Below, piece after piece: positions 8,040-9,003 of a stretch of DNA of 9,003 nt. This DNA comes from Octopus sinensis (lineage: Eukaryota). A model generated the notes under the pieces. That model ran no database searches and was not told the DNA's origin. It worked only from the letters and a program-made list of their open reading frames with translations. A program made the position numbers and the translations under genes. The stretch's first letter is position 1; each line of letters starts with the position of its first letter. The stretch covers positions 1-9,003 of the forward strand of contig NW_021828233.1 in the NCBI RefSeq assembly GCF_006345805.1, written 5' to 3'.

Positions 8040-8335
8040 TGCACCACACACACAAATATATACATTTATATATGTGTATACTCTTTATTCACACTCGCAT
8101 ACTAGTAGTAAGTATACAGACACATACACACACAAACACGCACACACACATATGCGAATATGTAAATAAATTTGTACATATACATACATTTATATATATA
8201 TATATATGTATATACATGTAAATGTATGCATATATATGTGAGTGTGTGAGTATGTGTGTGTCTGTGTGCGTGTGTGTGTGTGAGTGTTTGTGTATACACT
8301 CACACACACATATGCACGACCAAATATATTTATAT
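8040..8335 (+). repeat. Compound (CA)n-(TA)n-(TG)n-(CA)n degenerate dinucleotide field
   Basis: Read directly. Confidence 0.88.
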
Positions 8336-8370
8336 ATAATCACTGGAGACACGTATTGTATTTTCGTCAT

Positions 8371-8546
8371 TTTTATTATTATATTATTATTATTATTATT
8401 GTTGGTTGTTGTTGTTGTTGTTTGTTATTATTATTATTATCATTATCATTATTATTATATTATTATTATATTATTATATATTATTATTATATTATTATAT
8501 ATTATATTATTATTATTGTTTTTTTTTTTTTTATTATTATTATTAC
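8371..8546 (+). repeat. (TTA)n/(TTG)n array with poly-T
   Basis: Read directly. Explains ORFs 8222..8698, 8284..8556 and 8406..8648. Confidence 0.93.
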
Positions 8547-8880
8547 TCTATTGTGACTTTTGCTTTACATTTGCACAAGCTGGCTCCAAGTCTCACCCAG
8601 AGATCTCAAGAGACAACAGTTGGAAGTTCATGTTGGTGTTATGCCTAGGGTGCCATATATTTGGTTTTGTCCTTAGTGTTGTACTAGTGAATGCCTAAAA
8701 AACCATACGAAAATTGTTTGTTTTAAAACTTGAGATTACATAGAAAGTATTTTGCGTAGGATATGAGCAGTTCCCATGTGCGCTATCTTTTGAATTTCTT
8801 CCATTTCTGAGTTAGGTAGCAATCAGCCCCTTTTGCTATCATTCCCAGGGCACCTATGACAACAGGTATTGTTTTAGTCT

Positions 8881-8882
<2 letters not shown>

Positions 8883-8927
<45 letters not shown>
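8883..8927 (+). repeat. Perfect (ATT)15 microsatellite
   Basis: 45 bp of ATT units. Confidence 0.96.
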
Positions 8928-9003
8928 TTTCAGATGATGATTGCATGAATAGCATCACCGTCATGGCTGCTATTGCTGCTGCAGCTTCTGCTACTACTAC
9001 TAC

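Noticed and set aside
1-9003. The listed ORFs with poly-V/L/I/T/Y/H, YLSI, YI, CV or SL repeats
   Set aside because: They are translations of microsatellites that lack stop codons in some frames. Only the non-repetitive parts of 5908..6561, 6819..7154 and 6956..7807 are real (retroelement) homology.
8926-9003. TTTTTCAG acceptor-like site followed by ATG
   Set aside because: The pyrimidine tract is the tail of an (ATT)n array, and the downstream sequence is again triplet repeat at the window edge.

Overview
Eukaryotic, non-coding, microsatellite-saturated DNA: TA, CA/TG, TC, GATA, CATA, TTG, TAG/TAC, ATT, CAC and GAT arrays. The repeat style suggests a coleoid cephalopod such as Octopus; this is inference from memory, not a database result. 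I find no supportable host gene, RNA gene or CRISPR array, and nearly all listed ORFs are translations of simple repeats. The recognisable homology is a cluster of dead non-LTR retrotransposon pieces. (1) An RTE-clade LINE fragment at ~6178-6950 is split into an antisense half (6178-6680) and a sense half (6680-6950). The two halves are consecutive parts of one ORF2, which is the geometry of a twin-priming 5' inversion. (2) An L1/Tx1-like reverse transcriptase fragment (~6950-7719, minus) is fused tail-to-tail to the RTE, and its 5' break runs directly into a perfect (GATA)22 array. (3) A probable LINE 3' end with a polyA signal (~2226-2363, minus) runs into TATC/TATG repeats. Items 2 and 3 together suggest a Tx1-like family associated with (TATC)n microsatellites. 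Smaller observations include a 180-bp tandem duplication in a TA field and fold-back arrangements of microsatellites.
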